Of a stretch of DNA of 64,000 nt, positions 48,506-57,927 are shown piece after piece (the stretch's first letter is position 1; each line of letters opens with the position of its first letter). The stretch comes from Planctomycetota bacterium (GTDB lineage Bacteria; Planctomycetota; B15-G4; JADJEK01): positions 160,001-224,000 of the forward strand of contig JBGAIQ010000005.1 in NCBI GenBank assembly GCA_044225365.1. The letters run 5' to 3'. The position numbers and the translations under genes were made by a program. Under the pieces are notes generated by a model. It was not told where the DNA came from. It saw only the letters and a list, made by a program, of their open reading frames with translations, and did not search any database.

Positions 48506-49903
48506 TCAGCGATCCTTCGCGACGTCGCCCTTCACCTGCGCCGCTCGTTCGCGCAGGAGCCGCGCCGCCGGTGCGTCCTCGTCGAACAGCGCCGCCGCGC
48601 GCGCGTAGTTCGCCGCGGACTCGGTGGGATGGCCGGTCGTCGCTTCCGCCTCCGCGAGCAGCACGAGACTCGCCGGATCGCGACCTGCGCTCTTCTCCAC
48701 GAGCGCCGCGACGATCTTGCGACCGAGTTCGGCATTGCCGATCCCTTCGACCGACGAATCGATCATGCGTTGCGCGACGCACCGCAGGCCGACGAGGTCC
48801 CCGTCCCCCTCCTTCACGAGTTGCTCGAACTCCGCGCGCGCCGTTTGCCGATCGCCGAGGGACTCACAGATGCGGGAGAGCCGCGCCCGCAGGGCGAGAT
48901 CCGTCGGCGTCTTGGAGAGGATCTGCTCGATCCGCTTTCGCGCACCTTGGAGGTCCCCTCGATCCTCGAGGAGGTTGGCGAGCTCGCGCAGATCCGTGAC
49001 ATCGCCCGTGATCGAGACGCACCGGTCGAGTGCGTTCCCCGCCGCGAGCAGGTCGCCGCGCACGATCGCGAGGTTCTTCGTCGCCCGCCACACCTCCGCG
49101 TTCTGCGGGTCGCCCTCCATCCGCACGCGCTGCCAGTGCCAGGCGCTCGCGAGATCGTGGACCGCGATGTTCGACAGCGCTGCGCGTTCGATCGCGAAGT
49201 CCGAGCCCGGCATCCGCTCCGCCGCGATCTCGTACCAGTCGCGAGCATCGACGTCGCGCCCGCCCTGCGCGCAGAGATCCCCGAGGATGAGCGGAGCGTC
49301 CGAATCCTCCTGCGACAACTCGAAGGCGCGAATCATGTGCTCTTCAGCCTTGGCCGACGCGCCGCGAAGGAGGAAGAGCACTCCGGCGTTGTAGTGCGCC
49401 GCGCCATAATCGGGATCGAGCGAGAGCGCAGCCTCGAAGTGTTCGAGCGCGCGATCGGAGTCGCCCTGCTTCATGCGAACGGCGCCGAGCTGGTTCACGG
49501 TCGCGGGGTCCGTCGGATCGAGTTCGCGCGCGCGCTCGAGCATCGCCGCCGCTTCGTCGAGGCGATCCACGCGATCGTAGGCGCGACCGAGGAACTGCAT
49601 CGCGATCGCGTCCTTCGGCATCTGTTCCACGCTGATCTTCAACGGCGGGATCGCCTCTTCCGCGCGATCGCATCCGTAGAGCGCGAGGCCGTAGAGCAGG
49701 TTGATCTCGCCGTCCTTGGGCGCCGCGCGCGCCGCGCGCTCGAACGTCTTCGCGGCGCCGACGTAATCGCGATGCGCCAGCTGATCGCGACCCTTGCGGA
49801 CGATCGGAGTGATCTCGCTCGGTTCGTCGCAGCGCGCCGTGCTGGCCGCGACGAGAGCGAGGACGACGACAAGGCCGGGAAACGGGAATCGCCAGCGCGC
49901 CAT
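48506..49903 (-). CDS. Exported tetratricopeptide-repeat protein
   Basis: Signal peptide then serial TPRs (LGRAY...A...LERA.ELDP; ALSLDPDYGAAHYNAG). Confidence 0.85.
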   Translation of the reverse strand: MARWRFPFPGLVVVLALVAASTARCDEPSEITPIVRKGRDQLAHRDYVGAAKTFERAARAAPKDGEINLLYGLALYGCDRAEEAIPPLKISVEQMPKDAIAMQFLGRAYDRVDRLDEAAAMLERARELDPTDPATVNQLGAVRMKQGDSDRALEHFEAALSLDPDYGAAHYNAGVLFLLRGASAKAEEHMIRAFELSQEDSDAPLILGDLCAQGGRDVDARDWYEIAAERMPGSDFAIERAALSNIAVHDLASAWHWQRVRMEGDPQNAEVWRATKNLAIVRGDLLAAGNALDRCVSITGDVTDLRELANLLEDRGDLQGARKRIEQILSKTPTDLALRARLSRICESLGDRQTARAEFEQLVKEGDGDLVGLRCVAQRMIDSSVEGIGNAELGRKIVAALVEKSAGRDPASLVLLAEAEATTGHPTESAANYARAAALFDEDAPAARLLRERAAQVKGDVAKDR

Positions 49904-50076
49904 GGGCCTGCTCCGGACGTCGAAGGGTGCGAATCGAGGTGGACCGCGCGAGGCCGATCCGAGGCTTGTCCAAAATGCGGACAACGGTCTTTTCGGTCGG
50001 ATCTCGATGCGACATGAGGGACGATCCGAGTTCGCCCGAGGGCAGAAAGCCGCCCCCTCTGTTCTAATGGGCGTCC

Positions 50077-51828
50077 ATGCCCCGCCCATCGAATCCTCCG
50101 CAGGTCTCGACCCATGCTGGCCTTGGGCAGAAACTCCTGCTCGCCGTCGGCTTCCCGGTCGGCGTCCTGCTCGCGCTCGAACTCGCCTGTCGGGTGGGCG
50201 GAGTCCTGCCCGCTCGAGTGCAGCGGCCGTTCAAGAATTTCAGCCTCGGCTGGTCGTGGACCGCGCAACCCGAACCCCTCGTGTTCCGCACCCAACCGAC
50301 GCGGTTCTACGAACCCAAACCGAACCGGCGCGGCGTCGCGCGGACGGACGAGCACGGGTTTCGGGGGCCCGATCATCCGCAGCGACACGCGCGGCTCGTG
50401 CGCATCGCGGTGCTCGGTGATTCCACGACGTTCGGCTTCGGCGTGAACTACGGCGACACGTTCTGCGCGCGCACGGAGAGCGAGCTGCGGAGGATCGAGC
50501 GGCAGGAGGGACGCGTCGCCGACATCGACGTGATCGACGCCGGCTGCTACGGCTACTCGTCGTACCAGAACCGCGTCGATCTCGAGGAACGCGTGCTCCC
50601 CCTCGCGCCGGACGTCGTCGTGTTCTGCCTGCCCGGGTTCAACGATTCGGTCGGCGCGCTCGGCTTCGATGACGAGAGCTGGGGCAAGCTCGCGCCACGA
50701 AGCGATGGCGGTCTCCTGACTCGCTTCCTCGACGACAGCCGGCTCGCTTCCGGACTGAAGAAGCTCCTCGCGCCGCTCGAAGAGAAGCGACTCCTCGGCG
50801 ATGTCGGGAAAGCGCAGGAGCAGGTGCTGCGCGGGGACGTCACCCAAGGGCGGCGTGTGCCCGTCGAAGCGTTCGAATCCAACGTCCGCTCGATGATCGC
50901 GACGACGCGCGCGCACGGCGCCACCCCCATCGTCATGATCCACCCGTTCCCGGCCGATCAGGTGACGGAGGATCCGTATCGCGGCAAGTATGCCGCCGCA
51001 ATGCGGACGATCGCGGCGCAGACCCATGCGACGCTCGCGGACGGCCCCGCACGGCTCGACTCGAGCGACGCCACGAACTACTACGACAAGATCCACCCGA
51101 CGGAGCAGGGACACGCTCGGCTCGCCGAGGTGCTCGTCGCGGCGCTGCGGTCCGACGCGACCTGCACGAAGATCCTCACGGAGCGAGGCACCGTTGCCGT
51201 CACCCCGCCCTGTCTCGAGTCGCGCGCGGCGGCTCGGGTCGAGGCGAGCGGCGGCGCGCGCTTCGAGATCGAGGGCGATTTCGGCAACGATCCGTCGCCC
51301 CGCTTCTCGCTCGGCGGCAATCCGCTCGAGATCGTGGCGCTCACGAACGAACGCGCCACCGTCGAGACGCCGCCGCTGCCCGTCGGATCGCTCGACCTCA
51401 CGGTGGCGACGAGAAGCGGCAGTGCCGTGCTCGAACGCGCGGCGGAAGTCGTGGGGCCGAGGCTCAGCGTGTCCATCGCGGAGGGCCGCGCGACGGTGCG
51501 CGTCGCTTCACTTCGTGACTCGAAGCGCTTCACGGTCCACGTCGCGACCGCCGCGCGCGAGAAGCCGATGATGCTGCGCCGCGTGTTCGGCCTCGATGAG
51601 AAGGCTGCGCTCGGCAAGCCGCTCGAAGCGACGCTCTCTGCCAGCACGAACCCCTCCGACCCGTTGCTCCCGCTCGAGGGCGTCCTCGAGATCCCGCTCC
51701 CCCCGGGTCAGGCGATCCCCCACCTTTTTCTACAGGCCCTCGTCGAACCCGACGCAGACGCCTGCGCGAAAGAGGATCGCCTCGCGATCGCCCTGCCGAC
51801 GAACGTGGTCGAGGTCGGCGGAAAGTGA
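50077..51828 (+). CDS. Membrane-anchored SGNH/GDSL hydrolase with IPT-like domain and C-terminal recurrent-module variant
   Basis: N-terminal TM, IAVLGDSTTFG, GFND, DKIHPTEQGH. C-terminal LEIPLPPG...HLFLQALV...PTNVVEV. Confidence 0.85.
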   Translation: MPRPSNPPQVSTHAGLGQKLLLAVGFPVGVLLALELACRVGGVLPARVQRPFKNFSLGWSWTAQPEPLVFRTQPTRFYEPKPNRRGVARTDEHGFRGPDHPQRHARLVRIAVLGDSTTFGFGVNYGDTFCARTESELRRIERQEGRVADIDVIDAGCYGYSSYQNRVDLEERVLPLAPDVVVFCLPGFNDSVGALGFDDESWGKLAPRSDGGLLTRFLDDSRLASGLKKLLAPLEEKRLLGDVGKAQEQVLRGDVTQGRRVPVEAFESNVRSMIATTRAHGATPIVMIHPFPADQVTEDPYRGKYAAAMRTIAAQTHATLADGPARLDSSDATNYYDKIHPTEQGHARLAEVLVAALRSDATCTKILTERGTVAVTPPCLESRAAARVEASGGARFEIEGDFGNDPSPRFSLGGNPLEIVALTNERATVETPPLPVGSLDLTVATRSGSAVLERAAEVVGPRLSVSIAEGRATVRVASLRDSKRFTVHVATAAREKPMMLRRVFGLDEKAALGKPLEATLSASTNPSDPLLPLEGVLEIPLPPGQAIPHLFLQALVEPDADACAKEDRLAIALPTNVVEVGGK

Positions 51829-51885
51829 AGCGCGTTACATCGCGTTGACTTCGCGATCCCGCCTTTCTACCGAAGATCGGAGCGT

Positions 51886-52479
51886 ATGCCCTCCGATCTC
51901 GAACGACGCCGGCAAACGAACGACATGCGACTGTCGGCGCGAATGCGCCTCGCGGCCGCGGGCGACTTCGTTCTCGCGCTCGTGCTGACCGTCTCCACGT
52001 TCGACCCATGCGACCTGCCGCGGGATTACGGCGAGACCGCGGCGATCTTCATCCTGGTCTCGCTCGGGCTCGTCGTCTTCTCCGTGACGTCGATCATCGC
52101 GGGTGGTCTCACGAAGTGGCGCACGCGCATGTTCGTCACCGCCACGTCGTTCTTCCTCGGCAGCATGCTCGGAGGATTCTGCGGCGATGCGTGGACCACC
52201 TGGCGATTCGAGCGCCGTTTCGCCCGGGCGCGCGCGCTCGCGGAGACGGTTGCAGCTCGCGTCAAGGACGCGGCTCCTGGAACTCGCGCAGCGCCGACGG
52301 CCGAGGATCTTCGCGACGCAGATATCGCGCCGTTCGAGATCGCCGTCGACGTGGAACCCCATGAGACGCGAGCAATCGTTCACTTCCCGGACTTCGAGGA
52401 GCATTGCTTCAGCGCGTTCGCCACCTGGCACTCGACCACACGCGAATGGAAGGAAGCGTGGGAATGGCGATACCGCTGA
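51886..52479 (+). CDS. Hypothetical membrane protein
   Basis: GGAG RBS, three hydrophobic segments, fills the gap between neighbours. Confidence 0.6.
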   Translation: MPSDLERRRQTNDMRLSARMRLAAAGDFVLALVLTVSTFDPCDLPRDYGETAAIFILVSLGLVVFSVTSIIAGGLTKWRTRMFVTATSFFLGSMLGGFCGDAWTTWRFERRFARARALAETVAARVKDAAPGTRAAPTAEDLRDADIAPFEIAVDVEPHETRAIVHFPDFEEHCFSAFATWHSTTREWKEAWEWRYR

Positions 52480-52519
52480 ACGCGCGGCGTGGTTGCCGCG
52501 ACATCGACGACGGGCCGAA

Positions 52520-52545
52520 CGGGCGCACGGCTGTGCGCCCGATAC
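52520..52545. repeat. REP-like palindrome between convergent genes
   Basis: CGGGCGCAC-ggct-GTGCGCCCG followed by ATAC. Confidence 0.4.
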
Positions 52546-52593
52546 CCCGCCGATCGACCGGCACGGGGGAATCGCAGCGCCGCTTGCGACGCC

Positions 52594-55215
52594 TCAGGGT
52601 CCGAGTTCGCGTTGCGCGGCTTTCACGAGATCCGGTGAACCCAAGGCCTCCGCGGCGCGGATCGTCTCCTCGAGCAGGGACTTCATCTCCGCCGTCTGAC
52701 CCTTCGCTTTGCGCAGCAAAGCCAATTGATAGGTCACGTACGGGTTCCCGGGGACGAGGGCGCGAGAGACCTGCAGCGCGCGCTCGGCGATCTCCAAATC
52801 GGCGTTTGGACCGGACGCGCGCGCGACGCCGTACTCGTAGGCGCGCTTTCCTTCGTCGATCAGCGTGTCCTCGGGCAGCTTCGCCTCGAGCGTGAGACTG
52901 CGGAGCAGCCCGGGAACGCTCCCGAGGTCGGCGTACGACGGACTGCGATGGACCGCCTCGAAGAACGCGGCCCGCGCGCGCGCCTTGTCTCGCGTGAGAG
53001 CGGCGAGACCGTCGTTCTTGTACGCGATCGCGATCTCCTGATCGAGATCCGGGAACTCGACGCGACGCGCCTTCATGTCGAGCAGGAGCTTCGTGAGGTC
53101 CTCGTAGGCGAGGGCGCGCTTCAGCAATCGCACTTCCTGGGCGGCGAGACGCCCGTCGCGATCGCCACGCAGCCGTGACGCGGCGCGGCACGACGCCAGC
53201 GCGAGCCCGTCGTTGTGCTGATCCTCCGCCGCGCTCGCGAGCATAGCGTAGAGATCGCCGATCGCGGCCGAGCCGCCGAGGAGCCGCGGGGCGACCGCTT
53301 CGAGTTCGCGCGCGGCCTTCTCGACCACCAGCACTTCGCCGTGCCCGATCGCGCGCTGGGCCTCGAGGAGGCGGATCTCGGGATCGCTCTCGCCCGCGAG
53401 CTTACGCGCCGTCTCGATGTAACGGAGCGCCGTGCTCTCCTGCGCCCGGCTGAGATAGAAGAGAGCGAGTTGGATCGCGGGCTGGGCGGAACCGGTCGCG
53501 AGCTCACCCGCGCGCTCGAGATCCTTCACCGCCGCGACGCCGTCGCCGCGCACCATCGCGAGTCGACCGCGATCGAAGAACGCGCGGGCGCAGTGATCGT
53601 CCGCCGCGATCGCGGCATCGAGCGCCACGCTGGCCGCCGCCCATTCCTTCTCGGCGGGTACGACGTCCTTCGGATCGGCGATCGCCGCGAGCTGCACGTG
53701 CCCCGACGCCTCGCGCGCGAGCAACTCCGCCTTCAGCGAAGCGCTCGACTCCGCCGGGATCATTTCGGCGCACCAGTCCACCACGTCACGACTCTTGCGC
53801 GCACGCAGCAGGAGATCGAGCAGATCGAGGCGCAGCGCACTGCGTTCCCTCGCGGTCGAATCGAGCGTCGCATGGGCGAGCGCGCGCTGCAGCAGCGCCA
53901 CAGCGGACTCCGAGTCGTTCGTGAGAGCGCTCTCGAGAGCGAGAGCCCGATCGATCTCGAGGCCGCTCGCGGTCGACGGCGGCGCCATCACGAGACGCGC
54001 CTTCGCGCGATCGTGGATCGCGGCAGAACTCGACGCGGCGAGGTCCGCGACGAACGCGATTCGCGACGCCGTCGAACGCTCCGCAGCGGCGAGCGACGGA
54101 TCGGCGATCTGCCGCGCGAACGCAGCGCGGTCGCTCACCGCGGGGACGAGCTTGCCCCGTGCGAATCCGAGATACGCGACGATCGCCACCGCGACCAGGA
54201 TCGCTATCGCCCGACGGACGCGACGGCCATCGACCGCGTCCGCGAGCACGGCGACGTACGTCGCGACGATCACGATCGGCGCCGCGAGCGCGACCGACGA
54301 CGCGAGACCGCGGCGCGCCTGCTCGATCGCGAGCAACGCCATCGCGACGAGCGCGAGCAGCGGCGCTGAGCGGCCTCCGAATCGCTTCTCCGGAGAGAAC
54401 ACGACGACGCCGAGTCCGAGCCATCCGAGCAGCACGCTGCCCGCGATGAGCGCATCGGGCGCGAACGCGAAGAGCGGCAGATGCGTGGGAATCGTTCCGG
54501 CGGCCGTCGCCGCGATCGCCGAGAGCAATGCGGAACCGTCGCGCAGCAATGCGCCGAGCGACTCGGCCGCGAGAGGCGCCTCGGGTGGAGAGAGCGGCGC
54601 GAACGCAGCGACGAGATTCGCGAGGTCCGTCGACTTGAGGTACACCACGAGCGACGGCAAGGCGAAGGCCCGTGCGACGCCGTAGAGCGTCGCGAAGATC
54701 GCCGCGCCCGGCAAGCCCGGCGCCGCCTCCGCGAACGCGAACGCGAACAATGCGGCGAGCGGCGCGCCGCTCGGCGCGATCAGCACGACGAGGAATCCCA
54801 GGATCGCGCCGACGACGGCGGCCGCGCTCCGTCCGAACGTCATGAGGAAGATGCTAAGGATCGCGACGAAGAAGCACGCGAGTTCGACGAGTCCGCTGAG
54901 GGATCCACACGCCGAATAGAAGGCCGGATGGAACAGCACGACGAGCGACGGCAGGAGCGCGAGGAACGGGCCCTGGCCCACCGACCGCCGCCACACGAGG
55001 AGCAGGATCGAGGTGAGGACGATCAGTCCTCGACCGATGTACTCCATCGCGGGAAGTCCGAACGGCTTCGAAACTCCTGCGAACTCCGCGGAAGGAAGCT
55101 GCTCGGGCAGGATCGGCGGCGGGAACGGCAACGCCGTCGAGAAGTGCGGTGTCGCCGTGAAGACGACACCGAGCACGAGCAGGAGCAGGCCGGCGAGCAG
55201 GGTCGAACGGTTCAT
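52594..55215 (-). CDS. Multi-pass membrane protein with C-terminal TPR array (TMTC-like architecture)
   Basis: About 350 aa of hydrophobic helices followed by about 500 aa of TPR-like helical repeats. Confidence 0.7.
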   Translation of the reverse strand: MNRSTLLAGLLLLVLGVVFTATPHFSTALPFPPPILPEQLPSAEFAGVSKPFGLPAMEYIGRGLIVLTSILLLVWRRSVGQGPFLALLPSLVVLFHPAFYSACGSLSGLVELACFFVAILSIFLMTFGRSAAAVVGAILGFLVVLIAPSGAPLAALFAFAFAEAAPGLPGAAIFATLYGVARAFALPSLVVYLKSTDLANLVAAFAPLSPPEAPLAAESLGALLRDGSALLSAIAATAAGTIPTHLPLFAFAPDALIAGSVLLGWLGLGVVVFSPEKRFGGRSAPLLALVAMALLAIEQARRGLASSVALAAPIVIVATYVAVLADAVDGRRVRRAIAILVAVAIVAYLGFARGKLVPAVSDRAAFARQIADPSLAAAERSTASRIAFVADLAASSSAAIHDRAKARLVMAPPSTASGLEIDRALALESALTNDSESAVALLQRALAHATLDSTARERSALRLDLLDLLLRARKSRDVVDWCAEMIPAESSASLKAELLAREASGHVQLAAIADPKDVVPAEKEWAAASVALDAAIAADDHCARAFFDRGRLAMVRGDGVAAVKDLERAGELATGSAQPAIQLALFYLSRAQESTALRYIETARKLAGESDPEIRLLEAQRAIGHGEVLVVEKAARELEAVAPRLLGGSAAIGDLYAMLASAAEDQHNDGLALASCRAASRLRGDRDGRLAAQEVRLLKRALAYEDLTKLLLDMKARRVEFPDLDQEIAIAYKNDGLAALTRDKARARAAFFEAVHRSPSYADLGSVPGLLRSLTLEAKLPEDTLIDEGKRAYEYGVARASGPNADLEIAERALQVSRALVPGNPYVTYQLALLRKAKGQTAEMKSLLEETIRAAEALGSPDLVKAAQRELGP

Positions 55216-55348
55216 GGAGCGAGGACCCAGGGGGAAGTCGAAGCACGAGGTCGGTGCGACAGTCTACGAACCGCTTCTCGTGGACGCGCGACTCGCGACG
55301 GATTTGGAGGCGTCGTCGCCGCGAACCGCCGCCGCTATGCTGCTCCCC

Positions 55349-56764
55349 ATGCCTTCGATGGAGATCCGACGAGGAGACGAAAAGACGCCGCCGTGCGAAC
55401 GATTCACGATCGTCGACATGGGCTGCAAGGTGAACCGCTACGACGGCGAGGTCGTGCGGGCCGAGCTGCGTCGGATCGGCCTCGAGGAGAGCACGGACTT
55501 TGGTATCGCGGACCTCCTCGTGCTCAACGCCTGCGCCGTCACCGATCGCGCCGTGCGCCGCGGTCGACAGGCGCTGCGCGCGATGCGCCGACGCAACCCC
55601 GGCGCGCGACTGCTCGTCACCGGTTGCTTCACGTCCCACGATCGCGACCAGTACGCCGCTCTCTCCACGATCGGGAGGGACGAGGCGGAGCACGGCATGC
55701 TCTTCGCGCCGGTGAAGGACGGCTCCAAGCTCCGCGATCTCCTCGCCACGTGGTGGCCGAACACCGCGACGGCAGCGAACCCGAGTCGCGATCCCTTCGC
55801 GCTCGCGTTCGAAGACCGCACTCGCGCTTACCTCAAGGTGCAGGATGGCTGCGACGCGAAGTGCGCGTTCTGCATCATTCCGAGCATCCGCGGCGCCGTG
55901 CGCAGCAAGCCACTCCTCGAGGTCGTCGCGGAGGCTCGCGCCGCGCTCGCGCGGGGCTTCGTCGAGATCGTCGTCTGCGGCATCCACCTCGGACACTACG
56001 GTCGCGATGTCGACCTCGACTTGACGCACCTGCTCGACGCACTCGAAGGAATCGGAGTCGAGGGCGATCGCGACGGCGCGCCCCGCTTTCGCTTCCGCCT
56101 GGGCTCGCTCGAAGCGACCGAGGTGAACGTGGACCTCGCGCGGCGGCTCGGCCTGTCGCGCGTCCTCGCCCCCCATCTCCACGTGCCGCTGCAGAGCGGC
56201 GACGACGCGATCCTCGGCGCGATGCGAAGGCCCTATACCGTCGCGAGCTTCGAGCGGCGCATCGCAGAGATCCGCAACGTCGTGCCCGACATCGCAATGT
56301 CGAGCGACGTCATCGTCGGTTTCCCGGGCGAGACCGACGCGGCCTTCGAGCACACGCTCGAAGCGGTCGAGCGGATGCGCTTCATGAAGACGCACGTCTT
56401 CCCGTTCTCTCCGCGCGCGGGAACGCCGGCTGCTCTCTTGCCGCAGCGCATCCCGGCCGACGTCGTTCGTAGTCGCGTGAGGAAACTGCTCGCGCTCGAC
56501 TCGCGATTGCGCGAGGAGTTCGATCGTTCGCGCCGCGGCGCGGCCGCCCGTGTCGTGGTGCATGAGATCGTCGAGACCGCGAAGGGCCCGTACTCGCGTG
56601 GGCTGTGCGAGCGCTTCCGAACCGTCTTCGTTCCGGGTCGGCACGCGATCGCCGAGTTCGTCGACTGTACGATCCTGGGCCGATGTCCCGACGACTCCGT
56701 CGTCGGCACGCGAGAAGACCTGCTCGGCGAGACGGCGAACGGGAGCACGCATGTCGAATCCTGA
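55349..56764 (+). CDS. mtaB: tRNA methylthiotransferase (radical SAM), MtaB type
   Basis: MGCKVNRYD, LNACAVT, VTGC, RTRAYLKVQDGCDAKCAFCIIP, SDVIVGFPGET, HVFPFSPRAGT. Start uncertain (55337/55349/55358). Confidence 0.88.
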   Translation: MPSMEIRRGDEKTPPCERFTIVDMGCKVNRYDGEVVRAELRRIGLEESTDFGIADLLVLNACAVTDRAVRRGRQALRAMRRRNPGARLLVTGCFTSHDRDQYAALSTIGRDEAEHGMLFAPVKDGSKLRDLLATWWPNTATAANPSRDPFALAFEDRTRAYLKVQDGCDAKCAFCIIPSIRGAVRSKPLLEVVAEARAALARGFVEIVVCGIHLGHYGRDVDLDLTHLLDALEGIGVEGDRDGAPRFRFRLGSLEATEVNVDLARRLGLSRVLAPHLHVPLQSGDDAILGAMRRPYTVASFERRIAEIRNVVPDIAMSSDVIVGFPGETDAAFEHTLEAVERMRFMKTHVFPFSPRAGTPAALLPQRIPADVVRSRVRKLLALDSRLREEFDRSRRGAAARVVVHEIVETAKGPYSRGLCERFRTVFVPGRHAIAEFVDCTILGRCPDDSVVGTREDLLGETANGSTHVES

Positions 56765-57692
56765 AGAACGCGATCGCTTCGCACGGGCAAGAGCCGGACT
56801 CGAGCTGTGGCTCGAATCCGAGGCCGTGTTCGAAAGCGATGGCCTGCTCGGAATGAACTCCGAAACGAACTCCGCTTCCGCCGCGCGCCCGACGTCGAAC
56901 GCACCGACGCGAAACGGTGTGCATCCCGTCCCTGCCGTCCAACAGCCACCGCGTGGCGCGGCCCCCGCGACGACCGGCGAGCCGCGCAAGGTCGCGAACG
57001 GCAGGCCTCCCGCCGGCACTCCACCGGGTGGTCCGGTGCTCGTGCCCCCGCTCTCCGCCCAGCTCGGTTCGCCGGCAAAGGTCGAAGCCCTCGCGGCACT
57101 GGCCGCGGAAGTCTACGCCTGCGGACTGTGTCGACTCGGCCAGACCCGCATCTATGGAGTGCCGGGCGAGGGCAACGCCGACGCCGACCTCGTGTTCATC
57201 GGCGAGGGTCCGGGCGCCGACGAGGATCGCAGCGGTCGTCCGTTCGTCGGTCCGGCCGGCGATCTGCTGACCAAGATCGTCAAGGCGATGGGCTTCTCCC
57301 GCGAGTCGATCTTCATCTGCAACATCGTGAAGTGCCGGCCGCCCGGGAATCGCGTTCCCGGAGCCGATGAGGTGGCGGCCTGCGCGCCGTATCTACGGCG
57401 CCAGATCGAGATCATCGGGCCGAAAGTGATCTGCACGCTCGGCGCTCCCGCGACCCGCGCGTTGCTCGGCGTGACGAACGGCATCACCGCGCTGCGCGGC
57501 AAGAAGATGCTGTTCGGCGCGATCCCCGTGATCCCCACCTTCCATCCCGCCTACCTCCTGCGCGCACCGGAGGACAAGCCGCTCGTGTGGCAGGACGCTC
57601 AAGCGATCGTGCAGCTCGTCGTGGAGCGCGGCGGGAAGATCCCGTTCCCGGAAGTGTTCGAGCGCGCGCGAAAGGGACGGAGCGAGAGTTGA
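56751..57692 (+). CDS. Family 4 uracil-DNA glycosylase
   Basis: CGLCRL, FIGEGPGADED, PFVGPAG, NIVKCRPPGNR, PTFHPAYLLR. Confidence 0.93.
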   Translation: MSNPEERDRFARARAGLELWLESEAVFESDGLLGMNSETNSASAARPTSNAPTRNGVHPVPAVQQPPRGAAPATTGEPRKVANGRPPAGTPPGGPVLVPPLSAQLGSPAKVEALAALAAEVYACGLCRLGQTRIYGVPGEGNADADLVFIGEGPGADEDRSGRPFVGPAGDLLTKIVKAMGFSRESIFICNIVKCRPPGNRVPGADEVAACAPYLRRQIEIIGPKVICTLGAPATRALLGVTNGITALRGKKMLFGAIPVIPTFHPAYLLRAPEDKPLVWQDAQAIVQLVVERGGKIPFPEVFERARKGRSES

Positions 57693-57775
57693 GTCGGCAG
57701 GTGGATCGCCAAACGCTCGAGCGGTCGTTACGCTGCCGGCGTTGCCAAGTGAAAGTTCACGATCTCGCAATGATC

Positions 57776-57873
57776 TGGGAGCGCCGGGCTCCAGCCCGGC
57801 TCTTCTCTTGTGATACGACACGCGGCTCCAGCACAGCGTCCATCCGGAGCCGGGCTGGAGCCCGACGCTCCCA
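57776..57873. repeat. REPIN-like inverted doublet of palindromic REP units
   Basis: 27-bp arms 57776-57802 and 57847-57873 match 26/27 as inverted repeats. Each arm contains the hairpin CCGGGCT-cc-AGCCCGG (one mismatch in arm 2). Confidence 0.75.
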
Positions 57874-57927
57874 CGAATATCACAGGATCGCGGGCTCTTA
57901 TTCTTGTCTTGAACGGTAGGTGAACTC

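Noticed and set aside
56751-57692. UDG as a phage (SPO1 polymerase-related) gene
   Set aside because: Family 4 UDGs are ordinary chromosomal repair enzymes. This one overlaps mtaB and has no phage context.
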